From Candidatus Micrarchaeota archaeon (lineage in GTDB: Archaea > Micrarchaeota > Micrarchaeia > Anstonellales > Anstonellaceae), in assembly GCA_021813025.1 (NCBI GenBank), contig JAKAME010000003.1:1-43091 (forward strand): a stretch of DNA of 43,091 nt, given 5' to 3'. Below are positions 39,557 through 43,091 of the stretch, one piece after another (the first letter of the stretch is position 1; every line of letters begins with the position of its first letter). The translations under genes and the position numbers were made by a program. Under the pieces are notes generated by a model. That model made no database searches and had not been told where the DNA came from. It was given only the letters and a program-made list of their open reading frames with translations.

Positions 39557-41863
39557 ATGAGAACCGGCCTTCTTTCATTCCTGTTTCTTCTGCTTCTTTT
39601 TGCGCCAGCCTTTGCTGCGGCCAATTCAAGCAACACAGAATACGCCGGAGTATGGCTCAACGAGGCGCGCACCCTGCAAATCGGCGGAAGGGACGCTGTA
39701 TGGATTCGCATGGGCCGCTCCGGGGATGACACGCAGGCGCACGCGCTTGTGGTTGACCTTTACAACAGCACGCCTGCGAAAGAGATGGTGCTGCTGCGCG
39801 GGCCGTGGGCCGGCGGGGCTGGAAGGCTGGATGAGTTTGGCCGGAGCCTGCAGGCAGGCCTGCGGCAGGCAGGATGGAAGCTGCATGATGTGAATTTCAG
39901 TTCGCTGGCAGGCGGGACGCTTGATGGCTACTGGGACCTGACGGGCGGGCCGGACTCGCGGGCGAATTCTGGGCGGCTGGCGGACGCGCCCGGTTCGCTG
40001 GCAAATTCGGGGCGCGCCGGGGGGCGCATATTCATCCTGCCCTCTGGCGTGTGGCCATACGCGCTGATGGACAATTGGAGCCGCATTGTTGGGCCGGCGG
40101 ATGCGCTTGTTTATCTGGGCGTGCGGGCGGACCAGACGCTGGACGAGGCCGGGGCGGTGCATGCGGGCGGGGTGAGAAGCGATTTGATGGCCGCCGGCGC
40201 GCCGGCGGATTCTTCCCTTGGCGGCGAGCGGCTGCTGAGCGCGGAGGGCACGGCAGTGTGGCGCATCCCCCACACCCTCAACGAATACGATGATTTGCAG
40301 CCGCTTGGAGAGGGGCTGGCGCATTATGCAATTGCAGAAATGGGAAGGGGGCGGATAAGCAGCACGACTCTTGAATGGGGGGCGCTGGACGCGGCTGCCG
40401 TGGTGCTGAGGCCTGCAGGCAGCCATGCGCAGGAGGCTTGGGCGCGGCTTATTCTCATGGGCGAGGGCGGGAAGTGGCAGCGGGTCTGGGACTTGCGCGT
40501 GCCGCCGTCAAGCGGAGTGGTGGACGGGCCTGCGCAGGTGAACATGGGCGAGGCTGCCGCGTTCCAAATACAGCTGAAACCCGATTATCCGCAGACAGAG
40601 CGCATACGCTATTTTGCCCAGCTCTATGCGCCAAACCAAAGCCTCTACTGGCAGCAGGAGCTTGGAGAAGGCCAGCTTGCGCCCGGCGGCGCGTGGGTCG
40701 GCTCATTCACATACCGCGGCTGGCCGCAGGGGGGAGACTGGAGGGTGGACGTGCAGGACCAGTTCGGCCGCTCTTACGCAGGCGCGCTTCTGCATGTTGT
40801 GGAATACAGCCTAGAAGCCATGGAGCCTCTTGGAGGAGCGCAGCGCCTGCGCATATTGCGCGACGGGCGGGTGATGCAGGATGGAGGAGTGCGCCTGCGG
40901 CTGCATGGCAGCGAGGAGTGGACTGATGCGCGCATTTCGCAGGGAGTGCTGAGCTTCTCGACTGCGCGAAACGGCGCGCAGGCGGTTGAGGTGGAAGTGG
41001 ACGGCACGCGGCTGGCATACAGCTGGAGAGGAGCGGAGGAAGGGCCATGGGCGGGAGCTCTGCGCTGGGGCCTGCCGGCAATGGCTGCCGCGCTTCTGCT
41101 CTATTTCTTCCTGCGGCCCAAGGGCAGGGCAAAATACAGGATAAGGCTTCTTGAGCAGCCGGCGCCGTCGGGCGCGCCGGTGCGGCTGCCTGCAAGCAGG
41201 TGGCTGAAAATTCTTGGAGAGGGGGCGGGGGAATGCGCGCGTAAGGGACAGGCTGCTGGGGGAAAAGAGTGGGTGGTGCGCGCAGACGAGGCTGCGGAGC
41301 GCATGCAAAGCCAGCGCGTGGACGGGAGGGCGCTTGTGGTGAGCCAGGAGGGAGCGCAGGCGCTGCTTGAAGAGCTGGCCAAACGGGGAGAGCTGGCAAA
41401 GTGGAGGGAATGGTACGGACCAGTTTTGGAAAAGAGGGAAAGAACACGAAAGGGGAGCAGCTGGCCGGCTGAAAGTGAAGATATTATCCGCCAGCGCGCG
41501 CTCATGCGCCAGCTGAGGGACAGGCTGGTGGAGGCAGGGCTTGCGCCGAAATGCTGGAAAGGAAGGGCAGGGCAGGAAGGATACGCAGACCCGCAAGGAA
41601 GGCGCTGGCAGGTGCACCAGCCTCTTGATTATGGGCGCGAGCGGGAGAGGCTTGAGAATGCTGCGAGGGGTTGCCTGACTGGGCCTGATGCTGACGCGGC
41701 CCGTGTTTTGCCCCACGCCCTTGTCTTTGCGGACGAGGGCGAGCGAGAGGAATTCCTGCGCTGGCTGGGCGGCGCATCTGGGGCGGCGGCCGAGCGCCTG
41801 CGCCTCGCGCTGCGCACCGGGCGCATCCGCTTCATTAATGTTGCGCAGCCAATCAGGGCGTGA
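39557..41863 (+). CDS. Hypothetical bitopic membrane protein (768 aa): signal peptide, large exodomain, one TM, ~250-aa cytoplasmic domain
   Basis: MRTGLLSFLFLLLLFAPAFAAANSS, with a TM segment WGLPAMAAALLLYFFL followed by RPKGRAKYR. No family motif recognised. Confidence 0.6.
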   Translation: MRTGLLSFLFLLLLFAPAFAAANSSNTEYAGVWLNEARTLQIGGRDAVWIRMGRSGDDTQAHALVVDLYNSTPAKEMVLLRGPWAGGAGRLDEFGRSLQAGLRQAGWKLHDVNFSSLAGGTLDGYWDLTGGPDSRANSGRLADAPGSLANSGRAGGRIFILPSGVWPYALMDNWSRIVGPADALVYLGVRADQTLDEAGAVHAGGVRSDLMAAGAPADSSLGGERLLSAEGTAVWRIPHTLNEYDDLQPLGEGLAHYAIAEMGRGRISSTTLEWGALDAAAVVLRPAGSHAQEAWARLILMGEGGKWQRVWDLRVPPSSGVVDGPAQVNMGEAAAFQIQLKPDYPQTERIRYFAQLYAPNQSLYWQQELGEGQLAPGGAWVGSFTYRGWPQGGDWRVDVQDQFGRSYAGALLHVVEYSLEAMEPLGGAQRLRILRDGRVMQDGGVRLRLHGSEEWTDARISQGVLSFSTARNGAQAVEVEVDGTRLAYSWRGAEEGPWAGALRWGLPAMAAALLLYFFLRPKGRAKYRIRLLEQPAPSGAPVRLPASRWLKILGEGAGECARKGQAAGGKEWVVRADEAAERMQSQRVDGRALVVSQEGAQALLEELAKRGELAKWREWYGPVLEKRERTRKGSSWPAESEDIIRQRALMRQLRDRLVEAGLAPKCWKGRAGQEGYADPQGRRWQVHQPLDYGRERERLENAARGCLTGPDADAARVLPHALVFADEGEREEFLRWLGGASGAAAERLRLALRTGRIRFINVAQPIRA

Positions 41864-41873
41864 GGGGGAGAAA

Positions 41874-42275
41874 ATGAGCATGCGCCAATTTTTGCTTAAG
41901 AAAAAGCCTGCGGCCCTGCTGCTGTGCCTAAAGGACGGCAGCCAGCCGTGGTATCCTTCCAAGCTGGCGCACACCTGCGGCGCATCGTATGTTTATGTCA
42001 CGCACTGGCTGGACCGCTTGGAGAAAGGCGGGTGGGTGAAGACCGAGAAGAAGGGGCGGCTCAAGAGCGTGACCATCACCGAGGCGGGCTTGAGCGTGGC
42101 GTCGGCGCTGGATGAGATGGTGCACAAGATAGACGCGCTGACAACAAAGGCTTCGGGGGCGGCGGCCGCGCCAAGCGCGCAAACCCATGGCGGAACTCCC
42201 GCGCATGCGGGCGCGGCTGCCCATGCGGCAGATGGAGAGGCTGGAAAGAAGGAAAAGGAGAAGAAGGAATCATAG
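41874..42275 (+). CDS. Winged-HTH transcriptional regulator-like protein with A/G/K-rich tail
   Basis: ATG 41874 is preceded by GGGGGAG. The wHTH-like segment is PSKLAHTCGASYVYVTHWLDRLEKGGWVKTEKKGRLKSVTITEAG. It starts 10 nt after the 768-aa gene. The ORF-track start at 41688 overlaps that gene and is unlikely. Confidence 0.6.
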   Translation: MSMRQFLLKKKPAALLLCLKDGSQPWYPSKLAHTCGASYVYVTHWLDRLEKGGWVKTEKKGRLKSVTITEAGLSVASALDEMVHKIDALTTKASGAAAAPSAQTHGGTPAHAGAAAHAADGEAGKKEKEKKES

Positions 42276-42310
42276 GTGAAGCAATACACAAAAATACCCG
42301 ATAGATAACC

Positions 42311-42320
42311 ATTTAAATAT
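42311..42320 (+). promoter_or_regulatory. TATA-like box for the 206-aa membrane protein gene
   Basis: ATTTAAATAT is centred ~25 nt upstream of ATG 42340 (leaderless spacing). Confidence 0.35.
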
Positions 42321-42339
42321 CCGCGCTTGGAATAAAACC

Positions 42340-42960
42340 ATGCAAAAGCTGCATGCGCCGTTCAAAAAAGTTCCAACTCCCATGCGAGCGGGAGCCAGCG
42401 CGTGGAAGCTGTTGGATGACGGCATCTGGAATGCCCTCAACAAGCCCGCAGACAAGCTGAGCGAAAAAACAGGCTATTCAAAGGCGGCAATCGCCAGCAG
42501 CGCCCTGTTCATCGGCTGGGCCGCTTCGGACATCCAAGAAAGCGCCGGGAGGAATGACCTGGCTTATCTTGCACGGAACATTACCATCTCGGCAGTTGTG
42601 GCAAAGATTATGCATTGGGTAACCCGGCATTCGGGCAGTTCAAGCGCCGGCAAGAGCGACTGGCAGGCCGTCGATTTTGGGGATGCGGTCAAACGCGCTA
42701 TCCGCTTGCCGATTGTTCTCATTGGCACAGGAATTGCCTTCGCCGATTTCAGCATCGGCCTCGTTTGTGTCAGTTATGGAGTTTTCTGCTACCTTCTCAG
42801 CTCCAGCAACGGCATGGGAAAGAAAGCCCTTGACTGGGCCAAGGGCGTGGCGGGCGCGGCCGCCGGCATGGTGAAAGGAGCGCTTTCGCCCACCCCCGCC
42901 CAGGCCATGGTTCCGGTTTCTCCCGACGCCGTGCGCGCAGAAAACCAGAGAACGCCCTAA
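42340..42960 (+). CDS. Hypothetical membrane protein (206 aa)
   Basis: Hydrophobic segments AAIASSALFIGWAA, ITISAVVAKIMHWV and LPIVLIGTGIAFADFSIGLVCVSYGVFCYLL. Confidence 0.5.
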   Translation: MQKLHAPFKKVPTPMRAGASAWKLLDDGIWNALNKPADKLSEKTGYSKAAIASSALFIGWAASDIQESAGRNDLAYLARNITISAVVAKIMHWVTRHSGSSSAGKSDWQAVDFGDAVKRAIRLPIVLIGTGIAFADFSIGLVCVSYGVFCYLLSSSNGMGKKALDWAKGVAGAAAGMVKGALSPTPAQAMVPVSPDAVRAENQRTP

Positions 42961-43091
42961 ACCACTCTGAGCTCGAGGATTTTGCTCACAGAGTTCAGCA
43001 CGTGCGCATAGTCGCGGTAGTGGGAATACACCGTGAGCTTGAGCCTGTAGAGGCCGGGCAGGGTCTGGCTGTTTGCATGAATGGGCACCGC
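42957..43091 (-). CDS. 3' end of an unidentified gene running off the window
   Basis: The open minus-strand frame reads AVPIHANSQTLPGLYRLKLTVYSHYRDYAHVLNSVSKILELRVV*, with TAG at 42957-42959. It is too short to classify. Confidence 0.25.
   Translation of the reverse strand, partial: AVPIHANSQTLPGLYRLKLTVYSHYRDYAHVLNSVSKILELRVV

Noticed and set aside
39626-41974. Long minus-strand ORFs (266, 246 and 387 aa) opposite the 768-aa gene
   Set aside because: They are P/R/A/S-rich shadow frames in the most GC-rich part of the window. The plus-strand frame has a signal peptide, a TM segment and normal composition. Because coding evidence here is weaker than elsewhere, confidence in the 768-aa call is only 0.6.
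1-43091. Possibility that the contig is bacterial or chimeric, raised by the T9SS tail, class I GAPDH, OMP-like modules and TnpB
   Set aside because: Archaeal markers are spread along the window: PolB, Pus10, archaeal PGK and SRP54, an intron-containing tRNA with BHB-compatible ends, an A24 archaeal-type peptidase, GGPP synthase and TATA-box spacing. They are interleaved with the bacterial-like genes on both sides. Chimerism of the extreme left end (1-3.2 kb) cannot be ruled out from sequence alone.
1-43091. CRISPR arrays and rRNA genes
   Set aside because: I saw no regularly spaced 25-40-nt direct repeats with unique spacers; every tandem repeat found lies inside a coding frame. No rRNA-like conserved stretches were seen.

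Overview
This 43.1-kb window is high-GC (roughly 55-60% by eye, not computed) and looks like part of an archaeal chromosome, most consistent with an uncultivated small-genome (DPANN-like) archaeon. Archaeal hallmarks are a family-B DNA polymerase with all Exo/Pol motifs, archaeal SRP54, Pus10, archaeal-type PGK, an A24 prepilin-type peptidase, GGPP synthase, thymidylate kinase and a tRNA-Glu(UUC) with a long intron. TATA-like boxes sit about 25-30 nt upstream of many start codons (leaderless-style), and other genes carry GGAGG-type SD sites. The right half (about 21-43 kb) is mostly housekeeping. It is interrupted by a solo tnpB wedged between gap and pgk, a bacterial/eukaryal class-I GAPDH, a membrane-anchored DNase I homologue and several orphan membrane or HTH proteins. 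The left half (1-21 kb) is accessory and dominated by envelope or secreted proteins. It holds a 5'-truncated, extremely Cys-rich (CC-doublet) repeat protein, a protein ending in a textbook Bacteroidetes T9SS C-terminal sorting domain plus an inverted relic of a second such tail, and two divergent MNT/HEPN toxin-antitoxin cassettes. The main finding is a 15.6-kb co-directional cluster on the minus strand (5509-21076) of six large orphan genes (438, 1486, 1159, 711, 721 and 590 aa). I could find no enzymatic or NTPase motif in this cluster. It does show a tandem 33-38-aa repeat scaffold, two beta-rich outer-membrane-protein-like C-terminal modules, and one signal-peptide/CARDB-like Cys-rich exoprotein. 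I consider this cluster the best candidate for an undescribed cell-envelope, host-contact or secretion-related system, but that function is inference only. All calls come from reading the ORF translations and the sequence by eye. No database search, HMM, fold prediction or statistics were run.
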